Positions 12,288-24,902 of a stretch of DNA of 64,000 nucleotides are shown in pieces. The DNA comes from Macrostomum lignano (Eukaryota). The translations under genes and the position numbers were made by a program. Within the stretch, counting starts at the first letter, position 1; every line of letters begins with the position of its first letter. The notes under the pieces were generated by a model, which was not told the origin of the DNA, made no database searches, and saw only the letters and a program-made list of their open reading frames with translations. The stretch lies in NCBI GenBank assembly GCA_002269645.1, contig NIVC01002284.1, forward strand, positions 1-64,000, given 5' to 3'.

Positions 12288-13731
12288 TCACGGCGAGTTG
12301 CAGAGGTTCCGCAGTTCGTCGAACTGGCTCGTGTCGAGGTTGCCTGTCAGCAGAGCCCAGCACTGCAGCCAGCCGTCAAACGGTTCGATTCCGTTTCTCA
12401 TGCAGTTTCCAATCAGCAGGGTGTCGTGGATGGTGTACAGGCTGCCACCCGAGTTCCTGGGACCGCCGCCCCAAGTCTGGCGCGCCACCGTGGCTCCGTT
12501 AAGGTGAGTAGCGAAGTCCAGGCCATCAAAGTTGATTCCGACGCTCTCCACTCTCTGAACCGAGCCGACATCCAGAGCGTTGTTGCTAGTGTAATGGCGG
12601 AAAAGCACATCTCCGGTTGGGAAAAACACTTTGGTAGAAATTCTTCCCTGGATGTCGGCATGGAAAGTGCTTGAGTACATGTCGTTTCTCGTGACATCGA
12701 CGAATGCACCGAAGCATTTGGATCTGAAAGTTTCATCGGCAGCTTGCTTACAGTTGCATAATTCTAAGAGTGCTGTAGAGGCCTGTCATCTTAATATCAT
12801 AGAGTGGAGCCCAAGTAACCTGGTACACAAATAATACGCCATTCTGCTCTGACACCAAGGAAGCTGTTTTTAGCAAAATGCGACGAAAATTGGACTTGGG
12901 ATAGGGGAAGGCAAGCAAGAGGATAATTTGGAAATCCACATACAATGAGCTTAAATTGACATAATGGTCCCTAATTTTCCCCTTGCTCGTTCTTCTCTAT
13001 CCCCAGTCAGGTTTTGGTCGCTTTTTGCCAAACCCTGCTTTACTGTGAGCAGAATAGCGTATCATTTGTGTACATACAATGTAGGTTACTCTGGCTCCAG
13101 TTTAGAGCTTAAGGCTTTATCTTGCATTAGTAAATGCGCGTAATACATATACATGTACTTACGAGAAGTTCATTCCAAATTTTCCCTGGAAGAACAGGCT
13201 GAACTTCTGTCCGTAGTTGAAGTATTTGTAGAATCCGGGAGTTGAGACCTTCACGTGGGAGCTGCTCGAGCCCTGCAGGCGGACTCCGTCAATCGAGTTC
13301 TGCTCGGCGATGCCCACCGGCTCAGCTGGGAATTCGCACGAGTTGGCCAGATTTTTGTAGCTCTTTCGAAAGTTGTACAGCAGGACAATTTGCATGGAAA
13401 ACGAGAGCGACAGCAGGTCGGGGGGTGTCGCTGGAGACAGCTTCCCTCTAGCGATCATTCCAGGACTGCAGGCTGCAGCTACAGCCGCATGTGGCAGGCT
13501 GTAGCAGGCACGGCTGTCTGTCAGGTACACGGACTGCCGGCACCCGCTGCTCAGGGTGCAGCGGAGCACGCACTCGGACTCGCTGGGCGCGGGCACCGCC
13601 TCCACGCCGAACGGTTCAGCGGGACAGATGCTTTTGGGCTGGAACAGGGCGGAGCTGTCATCGCACTCTGCGTTGACGGCAATACAACTGGCCATCAGCA
13701 GCAGGCAGATGCGGCCTGCGGCGAATTCCAT
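12288..13731 (-). CDS. Secreted PAN/apple-like protein, copy 2 (tandem paralogue, offset ~4229 bp)
   Basis: Near-identical to 8059-9505, including introns. Confidence 0.7.
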
Positions 13732-14675
13732 GCTTTCTAAGAAATGTTTATAGGGTTATGTGGTTTCAGAAGGCAGTTTTTCAGGCTTCAAAGTTGTCGA
13801 TTTCTGCAAGTAAAATTGTAGCCAGCCGCCACAGATGCTTTGGTTTAAATTCTTTCAATTCTGGCCGACAATGGAAATTGTGGGGAGTTTGTCTCTGCTA
13901 CAAGCAGGAAGACTTTCTCCCCCCCCCAATATTTCCGGAGCAAAACATTTCCCGTAAACGTGCTTCGCGGCATGGATGCCAGTTTCCGTTATTTTCTTTT
14001 TGTTGCCAGCGCAACTGCGCTCAATAGTTCCCGCATCTGCTGCTCTGCGATCTGCCCCCTTTCCTTCTCAAGTTTGCATTGCCCCCGCTCTACCCCCCCC
14101 CCACCGTGTTTACCGTCAAGTTTCTGTCGCTTCTGGTCTGTGCTACACTTTGCCATCACCTGCACCATGCATGCACATCCGCTTTGCTCCTGCAGCCGAG
14201 TCAGCCTGCCGCGGTTTGAAGGCAGTCAGACAGGACACCAGGCTTTTCCAATTCTCCCGTCTTAACCAAGGTAATCATTGTTTAATCCCATATAGAAGCC
14301 CGAATCACGTGAGCTGAATTTCATGTAGGGTCAGGAATCCACTCCGATGCATTTCTGTTGAAATTCTCGCGCCTCTACCTGTACACGTAGCTTTTAGTCT
14401 GGTTTGGAATTTCTTTAATTGCTTTTATTTTAAGCAAAACATCCAACAAGTTTTAATAATTTTGATTTCGATTTTTAAGCGTTGTCACAACCGCAGAGAG
14501 GCATTGCTGTCCATTCCGCCGACTCCCCTGAGCAGGCACACAAGCGCGCGGATACGTACGCAGTCAAACGCACAGGCACACGCTCACACGGGAGTGTACA
14601 GCGGCCCTAACTATATTTATCGTTAGGCATGTACACTTCACTGCGCCTTGGCGTTAATTGAGCTCAAAATTGATG

Positions 14676-14752
14676 TGACTACAACTAGGAATCGAGCCTG
14701 GGCCGCTGGCACATAAGAGCGTTGCACTTTTAGACCACTAGTCTGGGCTATG
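14676..14752 (-). other. tRNA-Glu-like pseudogene or SINE head
   Basis: Minus strand GACTAGTGGTCTA...CGCTCTTATGTGCCAGCGGCCCAGGCTCGATTCC parallels metazoan tRNA-Glu(CTC) across the D, anticodon and T arms. The acceptor stem does not pair. Confidence 0.45.
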
Positions 14753-15524
14753 GCGCTTAAATGGACGGCAGGCTGGACTCCCCTCAGTGATCCCAAAAAT
14801 TCATTTCCGAATACCGTTGTACGAATTCACAGAGAAGCGGATTTTCACTGATTGAATTTGTTGAAATTAAGTTGCCACAAACAGACAAGCGGAACTGGAG
14901 TGGAGAACCAAAACCCAGCCAAAGTGTCAGATGCGCTGAACACTGAAAACTCGTGTATGTTAGCAATGAATGAAGCATGCTACAGACTGTATAAAGCTGA
15001 CACAGAGGCCATGGTGAGATGCAAAAAGATTGTAAAAAACGGGGAACAACAAATATTGCCAGACAGAGTGAAACAATTTGCTATTCAGACAGTTGATTTG
15101 GTCGCATAAGAATGTTGCAGAGGCCAGGGGATCTTCAAGCTTAATCGCAGCTCACTGTAAAACTGGGGCAAAGTGACATCAGATTTGACTAGACTGAGCG
15201 GCCAGGCTGCTGACAAGGATGGAGATTCCGCCAGAATCAGCCCTGCCCACTCGCTAATAAATGATTACAATAAAAAAGACAAAGAAGTCAATCAGAAACG
15301 CGTGTCGGAAAAGTCAATCTTTACTAATAAAAGTAGTCAGCACAACATTTGCGTAACAATAAAAGCGAGAGGGAATAAAAGTTGCGGGTAAATGTAGACT
15401 ATTTACAGGAATACAAGCGGATAACAAGCAGATTGCATAATAGGCTAATAAAACTTGATCTAGATCCTCAGATCCAGGGATTCTAAGCAAAACAGATAGG
15501 GGATTCTCAATGCTGACTGATTAG

Positions 15525-15930
15525 GGAGCAGCTGCTTGCAACAAACACAAGTGAGCAGCTGCTTGCAACAAACACAACAGTGAGCAGCTGCTTGCAACAA
15601 ACACAACAGTGAGCAGCTGCTTGCAACAAACACAACAGTGAGCAGCTGCTTGCAACAAACACAAGTGAGCAGCTGCTTGCAACAAACACAACAGTGAGCA
15701 GCTGCTTGCAACAAACACAAGTGAGCAGCTGCTTGCAACAAACACAAGTGAGCAGCTGCTTGCAACAAACACAAGTGAGCAGCTGCTTGCAACAAACACA
15801 AGTGAGTAGCTGCTTGCAACAAACACAAGTGAGCAGCTGCTTGCAACAAACACAAGTGAGCAGCTGCTTGCAACAAACACAAGTGAGCAGCTGCTTGCAA
15901 CAAACACAAGTGAGCAGCTGCTTGCAGCAC
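15525..15930. repeat. Minisatellite, 27/30 bp (gtgagcagctgcttgcaacaaacacaa), just downstream of the NFYC stop
   Basis: About 14 tandem copies. Confidence 0.97.
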
Positions 15931-15994
15931 AACAGCGAGCAGCACGCAGTCACAGATCGGACCCCAACAGGCTGTGCAGCCGAAAGCTGCTGCC

Positions 15995-17300
15995 TCAGGC
16001 GGCGGTGTCCCCAGTTTCCGCCGCGGCCGCGGGCGAAGCGGATTCAGCAGCGGGTGCGGCAGCAGCGACGGTTTCGGCTGCGGCGGCCTCTTCGGCGATG
16101 CCTGTGGAGGCGGCAGTTGGAGGAGCTTCTTCAGCCGCGCTGACCGCGGCGTCGACCGGATCGACAGGCACAGCGGCGGCGTCGGGGACGTCGGCGGCAG
16201 CGACCTGCGAGTCCGCGGCGGCAGCTTCAACGGCAGCAGCAAATCCCCCCGCTTCAGCATCTTCGGGCTGCTGCGCGATAACCGGCTTCACGTCCATCAC
16301 CAGGGCGTCGGAGTCCACGGCGGCGGCCGCCTGCGGCTCCTCCAGCTGCTGCAGCTGCTGCGAGTCCTGCGGCAGCTCCTGGCCGGCGCTGGTGAGAATA
16401 CCGGCCGCCGCCGCCTCCTCCGAGCTGTTGAAGAAGATCTGCACCGCCTGCTGCTGCCCATTGGCGGATACGGCGGGCCCACCCGCAGCGCTGACAGGCA
16501 GCTGGATGACGTACTGCACCGGCGCCGCCACCGCTGCCTCCTGCACCGCATCCTGCGACAGCTGCACCGCCTGCTGCTGCTGATGGTCCGCGGCCGACAC
16601 TGCAGCACCCTGTGCGGCCTGCGGGGGCGGGATGGTTGGGTCGGGATGGACTGAAGATGGCACTGCGGGGGCGGGATGGTTGGGTCGGGACGGACTGAAG
16701 ATGGCACTGCGGGGGCGGGATGGTTGGGTCGGGACGGACTGAAGATGGCACTGCGGGGGCGGGATGGTTATGTCACCCATTCTCACCCACTCACTCACTC
16801 ACCCACACACTCACTCACTCACCCAACTCATTCATTCACTCACCTGCTTGCCAGTCTCGGTTTGCCCGGCAGGCCGCATCTCCTCCCTTGGCACGATGTC
16901 GATGAGGAAGTCGAACTGGTCGGTGTCGGGGTCGCCGACGCTCATGGCGATGTCGTTACGCTGCAGAGTCCGCCGCCTGGCCCGCTCGGTGTGCGCCCAG
17001 GCCCGGATGGTGAGCTCCCGGATGAAGATCTCAGCGGCCTTGGAGAACAGCAGCGGCGCCTCGGCGGCTATCATCATGCCCTTGACGTCATCGTCCAGCT
17101 TCATGATCTTCTTGATGCGCGCCAGCGGCAGCTCGGCGTTCTTGAAGGCGGACAGCTCGGGGGGCATGGACTCGATGGCCCGCAGCTCGTGGTTCCAGAA
17201 CAGCAGCACGCGGGCCTCGATTTCGTTGCGGGCGACGTCGCCGGCGCGGGCGCCTGAGTTCTGCTGGTGCTGCTGCAGTGTGCGGGCAGGGCAGCTGCGG
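15995..17300 (-). CDS. NFYC: Nuclear transcription factor Y subunit gamma (exons ~17300-16844 and 16618-15995; start exon unresolved)
   Basis: ELPLARIKKIMKLDDDVKGMMIAAEAPLLFSKAAEIFIRELTIRAW.HTE..RRRTLQRNDIA..DQFDFLIDIVPR histone fold. CAG|GTGAGT donor at 16843, cccgcag acceptor at 16619, Gln/Ala-rich C-terminus. Confidence 0.95.
16619..16770. repeat. 44-bp tandem repeat (x3.5) in the NFYC intron; its last unit supplies the acceptor
   Basis: Each minus-strand unit ends cccgcccccgcag. Confidence 0.9.
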
Positions 17301-17830
17301 CTGACTGCTCACAGTGGGATGAGCTGGGGATCTGACTGCTCACAGTGGGATGAGCTGGGGATCTGACTGCTCACAGTGGGATGAGCTGGGGATCTGACTG
17401 CTCACAGTGGGATGAGCTGGGGATCTGACTGCTCACAGTGGGATGAGCTGGGGATCTGACTGCTCACAGTGGGATGAGCTGGGGATCTGACTGCCCACAG
17501 TGGGATGAGCTGGGGATCTGACAGACTGCTCACAGTGGGATGAGCTGGGGATCTGACTGCTCACAGTGGGATGAGCTGGGGATCTGACTGCTCACAGTGG
17601 GATGAGCTGGGGATCTGACTGCTCACAGTGGGTGAGCTGGGGATCTGACTGCTCACAGTGGGATGAGCTGGGGATCTGACTGCTCACAGTGGGATGAGCT
17701 GGGGATCTGACTGCTCACAGTGGGTGAGCTGGGGATCTGACTGCTCACAGTAGGATGAGCTGGGGATCTGACTGCTCAGTGGGGTCAGGTGAGGGCATCT
17801 GACTGCTCAGTGGGGTCAGCTGGGGGGCAT
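17301..17830. repeat. 31-bp minisatellite abutting the first visible NFYC exon
   Basis: ctgactgctcacagtgggatgagctggggat, about 15 copies plus degenerate copies. Confidence 0.97.
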
Positions 17831-18148
17831 CTGACTCTCATCGGCCTAATGACCGATTTGATGATAAAAAAATTATTTATTGATAATTTATTGATAAAAA
17901 ACAATCAGAGAAGCCGCCAACATGACTAACAAAACGGAGCACGCGAAGCGGCCGTGATGCAGTGTAATTAGTGAACTGCCAGCCAGTGACAGACTGGCTG
18001 ACTGCAAATGCGAAATCAATCTAAGGCAGGCAGATCAATGGGAAGCCTCTACAGCTAAATGAATGACAAAAACAAATAGTCGAATACAAAAGCATTAGCA
18101 GATAGGGCTCTGCAGTCTGCAGCAATTCCAATACGAGCATCTCCTCCC

Positions 18149-18511
18149 CTATCGGGACGAAGCCGCCCCGCCGCAGCCGCCAACCGAAGGCGCCTCCGTT
18201 GCCGGCGTTGCCGAAGGCGTCGGCGAGTCCTCCAGGTAGGTGTCCTCGCCCAGCTGCACACGGAAAGCGTCGCCCTCGGACTCCCTGGTTGCCCTGACAA
18301 CGTGCGTCCTCAGCATTGCGGCGCAGTCCCTGGCAATCAGCAGCTGCTTGGCCACCGCCGCCGGGTCAGTTAGGGCTGCCTGCTCGCGGAAGCCAGTCCG
18401 GATGCGGTCGCCAACAATGCCAAGAGCGTAGGAGTCCCCAGCGAAGGTGACCTGGGCTGCCCGGTGCAGCGCCTTGTAGGCCTGCAGCACCGCCCTGCTT
18501 TGGCTGGCCAT
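18149..18511 (-). CDS. LYRM7: Complex III assembly factor LYRM7 (Mzm1-like), intronless
   Basis: VLQAYKALHRAAQVTFAGDSYAL...IRTGFRE LYR-type motif; about 120 aa; CTGCAG just before the ATG. Confidence 0.85.
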   Translation of the reverse strand: MASQSRAVLQAYKALHRAAQVTFAGDSYALGIVGDRIRTGFREQAALTDPAAVAKQLLIARDCAAMLRTHVVRATRESEGDAFRVQLGEDTYLEDSPTPSATPATEAPSVGGCGGAASSR

Positions 18512-21500
18512 TGGCTGCAGTGGTGCAGGCAGGGTAGCATGTGTGCCAGACAAAAAATCTGTATGCATTCCATTGTATGTTCAACTCCTGTCCAACTTCC
18601 TATATTTCGATTATCTCTGGTCAGCTCAAAGTTGCTTGTCAATCTATTGGAAGCAACTGCAGAAACCACTCATAAATCTCAAAGGTACAAAAATATCTAT
18701 AGGACTATTTAGGGATTCTTAATAGCATTGGATGCATCTAAAAAAACAGTTTTGGTTGATTAGTGCTAAATTTGCATTGTGTTTATCATTATTAGTATGA
18801 ACAGCATCTCTTCCACCTTTGTCTTGAATTGAAAAGTCATGTAGAAGCCATTTCTTAGACTATGAATACCGACTAAAGATAAATAACCATTGTATGTAAA
18901 ATCAGTATTTGACCTAAAAATTGTTTCATTCTGGTTTTTATGCCTAGGAACTCTAACTTCAAGACTTTAATAGCATTGTCATTATTTAAAATTGAGTTTT
19001 TACAGAAAATTAAGTAGTAATTTTTGTTAAACTAAAAATTCCTATGGCTAGATCAGGGAATATATCCTAAAAAGCAATCTACGTTATGTTTCTTAATAAA
19101 AAGATCCATATATATATCACAACAAATTTTGATATTTTTATCAAAGATAGCTTTTAGACTACTTGGTTAAGATAGAATTCTTGGAGCAACATGCAAATGT
19201 GCATATTAGTTAAAAATAGAATGTGAACATATATAACCATGTTGTATCATTTGCATACATTTAAAAAACAAAGCTAGGGATTTTGACTATGGCAAATAGC
19301 TTTTTTTTCACTCCTAAATCTTCTTGCCAATTGTAGGCCCTATTCTATTAAGACTAGGCCTAGGCCCTAGTTATTTGATCTAAGTAGTGCAAGCATGCAA
19401 CTTTTTGCAAAGGTATATAATATAAGCATATATATACCTTTAAGAGTATATAAGCAAGCTTCTTTTCAATTGACTATATGCAAAAATGTGCAAAAACTTA
19501 ACAAGTGCACACAAATGAATGATGATTTTTGTATAAGTTAATTATATACCAATAAGACTATTGTTGTATTATATTAGCGAAAAATGAATGAATATGATAG
19601 GTATAAACTAAATATCAGTTGCCTTCTATGAACATTTCTAAATCAAATAAAAAGCCATCAAGTTTAAATATAGTTTACAAACTAATTAGGACTTCAGAGC
19701 AACATTAATAATAATGTTAATAATAAAGATTTGTTTTAATTGGCACTTGCAATTCTTAAAGCATTCTAGCAGTGTTAATATACATCGCATGTTACTACAC
19801 ATGTTATTCTGCACATTATTCCACATATTCTATATGTTGTTCCGCATGTTATTTTGAACATTATTCCACATGTTTTTCCGCATGTTACTGATCCATACTT
19901 TATTCCACACATCTAATTTATTACTTTATTTATTATGCAATACTTGGTTTCCTCACTTATGTTTGATACTCAAAAGTCAAAACCACAAAAGTATTGAAAA
20001 TAAATACTATCCACCAGGTCCGATATACTAAATGGTATGTTGGTATCTATCTATCAAATGCCAGTTCTCTTAATTCAACTTACTAACTGCTTTGTTTCTT
20101 TGATTTAAATTTGCTCATTTATGCATTTTGTTTTAATTTTTCGCTAGTTTAACCAATATGGGTTTTTCTAATATTATAGTATGTTTTGTTCTTTAAGCCT
20201 ACTTTCTATTTCTATAAAATTATTTACTATACGTATACTAAACATCAAGACAATGACATTAAATACCTACTAATACAATCACAATGTGACAATTACTAGG
20301 ACCAAGTACGAATTACGAAGTAATCAATTCTTTTCTCTTACTCTGTAAAAAATAAAAAAAGCAACTGTCGATCGATCGAGACAAATTATTAATATGAAAA
20401 ATTTTCAACTTTTTAACTATTCAAAAATGTTTGTTTACTGTTTTTAACAAAACTACAAACTATCTCAAGTAAAAAAGCAATTAATAATGATTTGTTACCT
20501 ACAAAATAACGAAATAAAACAATTTTTATTAATTGATAATTGAATTTAACGCAACTACCTCTTATCAATTTATCAGAATAATAGGGCCTTTTCATATTGC
20601 TTGTTCTGGTTCCAGAACCAGAACCGGGTGTGACTTTTTTAAGGCCCAACCCCGGCCGGGCCAGATTTTTCGATTTAAAATTTCCCAAAGATAAACAAAA
20701 AAATAGCATGTAAGTTGTCCGATAGGACTGGAGCATACCTATCTGAATGTCTTATAAGCATAATTATTTGTCGTTTTAATTACGTTTATTAAAAAGTAAT
20801 AGTTAGTTACTAGTTATTACCGGTTCTAAGAAAAATGCATCTGCCTTTACCTTATATAGGTTTTACATATTTTAAGTTTTACATTCAACCTCCCAAAACT
20901 AAAAATGGTTTGTCGGTAGGTATCTATGTCTATTACTATTACATTAAGTATAAAGCAAAGTCTTACATGAGCTTTGGCATTACGCAAATATCATTTTTTC
21001 TTTCAACTATATTATATATCCTGTATCCATCCAACATGTTACATATTAAGCTTTAGACTTTAACATTTATAAAAAAGTTATGCTTTGTATAGGCCTTTAT
21101 TTACTCTCTTAGTCTTAGGCTAAGAGGGATATTACTCTCCTGTACTTTATAGCTAAGCTATATAAATTTATTTGTCAAATCTCAAAGCTTAAAACATTGC
21201 CACTAATAATAATTTGAATAAAATTATTTAATTATTTAATGTTCTTTTTAGCAAACCTAGTACTAAAATCTAAATAAATATGAATTGATTACCTTTTTAT
21301 AAAACTATTCTTTCATTATTGCTTTCTTTCTAGACTTGTTGAATGGCATATCACACCTATTTCAATAGGTTATTAGATAATAATATACATAATAAAATAT
21401 AATGAAAGCCATGCATACCATTTTATGAAACTTACTTTACCCTTTTCCTATATTTCCAAAAGTCTACCTTTTCTACGCTTAGGCCTATCATTAAATACTA

Positions 21501-22554
21501 TACACCTTAAGTATGCCTTGTTTACCAGTATCAATACCTTCTTTACTTTAAACTATCTATATATAGTACTAAACATGAAAACACAATATTTTCATGCTTT
21601 CATGTTTCCATATGTTTACTATAATGTGCAGGTCCATTCTTACCTTAGCTGCTTGATTAGAATAAAACTAGCCCTAGACACCTTAAGTGTGCCTTGTTTA
21701 CCAGTATCAATACCTTCTTTATTTTAAACTATCTATATATACCACTAAACATGAAAACACAATATTTTCATGCTTTCATGTTTCCATATGTTTACTATAA
21801 TGTGCAGGTCCATTCTTACATTAGCTGCTTGATTAGAATAAAACTAGCCCTAGACACCTTAAGTATGCCTTGTTTACCAGTATCAATACCTTCTTTACTT
21901 TAAACTATCTATATCCAATATACTAAAAATGGTCTGTCTGTGTCTATCTATCTATCTATGTGATTGATTAGAGAAAAAAATGGCTGGACCAATTTTGTTC
22001 AAACTTGCACTGTTCGATCAGAAATTTTCCCGTGACTGTACATGCATTGCGGCTAAGAAATTGCTCGATGCTAAAGGCATTAAATATTCGAAAAACATGC
22101 TTTTTTTGCAAAGGTCAAGCAAACTTTTCGACTTGAAATGCATTGTAAGAATGCTAGAGAAAAAACTGACTGGTTGAATTCTGATTCTGAAATAGATTGC
22201 ATCATAACTGAATTGTAACTCCGACTTGAATTGAAAATGCAGTGTGGAAGCGTAGCACCAGACTTGATTTAAATTGCGTAACCATATTGTTAACTGATAC
22301 TGACTGACTGAGAAACTGATTATGTCATAACTGCCTCGTGTGATTTACTCTATGCTTGGATTTTAAAGTGTTGAATTATTTAAGTGCAAAATTTGATGTT
22401 ATCAAAAGATGAGAGCTAGCCTAGAGTTGAACAAACTGAACTGCTAAAGCAGCGACAATGGTTCGAATTTTCATAGAGTATAATTTTTTTTAATTAAAGC
22501 TTTTCAACGTAAGGAAAACTAAAAGACTTTTTAAAAGTCTTAAAAAGTAAAAAA

Positions 22555-23130
22555 TGTAAAAAATCGTAGAAGCGTCATATTAAAATCATAGAAGCGTCAT
22601 TTAAAAAATCATAGAAGCGTCATGTAAACAATCATAGAAGCGTCATGTAAAAAATCGTAGAAGCGTCATATTAAAATCATAGAAGCGTCATTTAAAAAAT
22701 CATAGAAGCGTCATGTAAAAAATCATAGAAGCGTCATGTAAACAATCATAGAAGCGTCATGTAAACAATCATAGAAGCGTCATGTAAACAATCATAGAAG
22801 CATCATGTAAAAAATCGTAGAAGTGTGATGTAAACAATCATAGAAGCATCATGTAAAAAATCGTAAAAGCGTCATATAAAAATCATAGAAGCGCCATTTA
22901 AAAAATCATAGAAGTGTCATATAAAAAATCATAGAAGCGTCATGTAAACAATCATAGAAACGTCATATAAACAATCATAGAAGCGTCATGTAAACAATCA
23001 TAGAAGCGTCATGTAAACAATCATAGAAGCGTCATATAAAAATCATAGAAGCGTCATGTAAAAAAATCATAGAAGCGTCATGTAAAAATCATAGAAGCGT
23101 CAAGAAAAAATCATAGAAGCCTCATTTAAA
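22555..23130. repeat. ~21-22 bp minisatellite (aaaaatcatagaagcgtcatgt) inside the Helitron
   Basis: About 25 variant tandem copies. Confidence 0.95.
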
Positions 23131-24024
23131 AACTAATAAAAGTGTCATTTAAAAAATTAAGAAGCATCATGGTAGAATAAAAGAAGTGTCATGTCAGACA
23201 TGAAGGGTGTCATGTAAAAATTAAATGCAGCTATAATGCTGTGCTGGGGAGAAAAACTGAGACGTAAAGGCTCTCAGAGAATAACTGAGATTACGGGGGG
23301 GTTTCTGAGATGTCAAAGCAAAAGTCAGAAGCTACTTCAAAGTTCATATACTTTACTCAATTTTTTTATTGCATTCTTTGTTGGCTTGCCACAGGGGGGC
23401 GCTGATAGAAGAAGAGTCATGTAAAAAATAAAAGTAGCACTATGTATACATAAAAGAAAAGTCATGTCGGAGTTAAAAGATTCATATGGGAATTGCTACA
23501 GTGTCAAAGCTTGGTGGAAATCGTTATAGTGCTGTGATTCTTAAAGAAGGAATCACTAAAATGTCAAGGCTTAGGGGAGAAGAATTGCTGAGATTTCAAG
23601 GCTTTAGGTTGGGTTAAAGTTAGGTTTAGGTCAGGTTTGGGTTGAGGGTTATATTTTATCGGGTTTCAAGGTTAACAGGGGATTTTTTAGATTTCAAGGT
23701 TTATGGGGGCCATCGCTGACATGTCAAGGCTTACGGGGGGAATAGCTGAGATTTCAAGGCTCACGGGGGTATAAATGAGATTTCAAGGCTAAAGTCAGAA
23801 GCTACATGTAGTTTAATGAAAACTTTTTATTACATTATTTGATGCCTCCTCAGGGGAGGGATCGCTGATAAAAAAAGTGTAATGTAAAAAATAAAAGAAG
23901 CTTCATGTCGAAGTTAAGAGATTCATTTGGGAATCCCTACGATGTCGAGGCTTGCAGGGAATCGCTATAATGCTGTAGTAGTGCTATTATGACTCTTAGA
24001 GAGAATTACTGGAATTTCAATGCT

Positions 24025-24080
24025 TTAGGGTTAGGTTAGGGTTAGGGTTAGGGTTAGGGTTAGGGTTAGGCTAGGGTTAG
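24025..24080 (+). repeat. Interstitial telomeric (TTAGGG)n tract inside the Helitron
   Basis: About 9 units with TTAGG and CTAGGG variants; a degenerate relative lies at ~23604-23650. Confidence 0.9.
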
Positions 24081-24902
24081 AAGGTTGACAGATATTTTTA
24101 GATTTCCAATGCTTATTGGGGGCATTGCTGAGATGTCAAGGGGGGGGGAAGTTGATATGTTAAAGCTTGTGGGGGGGAATTACTGACATGTCAAGGCTTA
24201 CAAGGTTTGACAGGAGATTTTTTAAGATTTCAAGGATACATGTAGCTTATTAAAAAAACGTGTATTGCATTTCTTTGGCTCCCCAATGGGGGGCGTAGAT
24301 TGCTAGTATAGTACTAAACATGAAAACACAATATTTTCATGCTTTCATGTTTCCATATGTTTACTATAATGTGCAGGTCCATTCTTACCTTAGCTGCTTG
24401 ATTAGAATAAAACTAGCCCTAGACACCTTAAGTATGCCTTGTTTACCAGTATCAATACCTTCTTTACTTTAAACTATCTATATATAGTACTAAACATGAA
24501 AACACAATATTTTCATGCTTTCATGTTTCCATATGTTTACTATAATGTGCAGGTCCATTCTTACCTTAGCTGCTTGATTAGAATAAAACTAGCCCTAGAC
24601 ACCTTAAGTGTGCCTTGTTTACCAGTATCAATACCTTCTTTACTTTAAACTATCTATATATACCACTAAACATGAAAACACAATATTTTCATGCTTTCAT
24701 GTTTCCATATGTTTACTATAATGTGCAGGTCTATTCTGCAAACAGCTCTCCTTTATAAACACCTCTCCTTTAGCTGTTTAATTAGAATAAAACTAGCCCT
24801 AGACACCTTAAGTATGCCTTGTTTACCAGTATCAATAGTATCAATGTTTTTTTGTACTGAGTGAGTATCGTGCAGTAAAATTTGCTCTAAAATTTATTTC
24901 AG

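Larger units (their letters stand above)
21914..24306 (+). mobile_element. Non-autonomous Helitron, 2,393 bp
   Basis: Inserted between A and T with no TSD. 5' TC followed by a (GTCT/ATCT) microsatellite, 3' hairpin gctcccc-aat-gggggc, and terminal CTAG. Confidence 0.88.
21505..24835. repeat. 176-bp tandem array (~5 units) inside the MULE, split by a Helitron
   Basis: Unit starts at 21505, 21681, 21857, 24426, 24602 and 24806. The split unit sums to exactly 176 bp (57 + 119). Confidence 0.92.

Noticed and set aside
14852-15391. Short plus-strand ORFs
   Set aside because: No recognisable motif or splice context; cannot be supported.
24025-24080. TTAGGG tract as a chromosome end or fusion scar
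   Set aside because: It is short, single-orientation and internal to a Helitron with intact ends.
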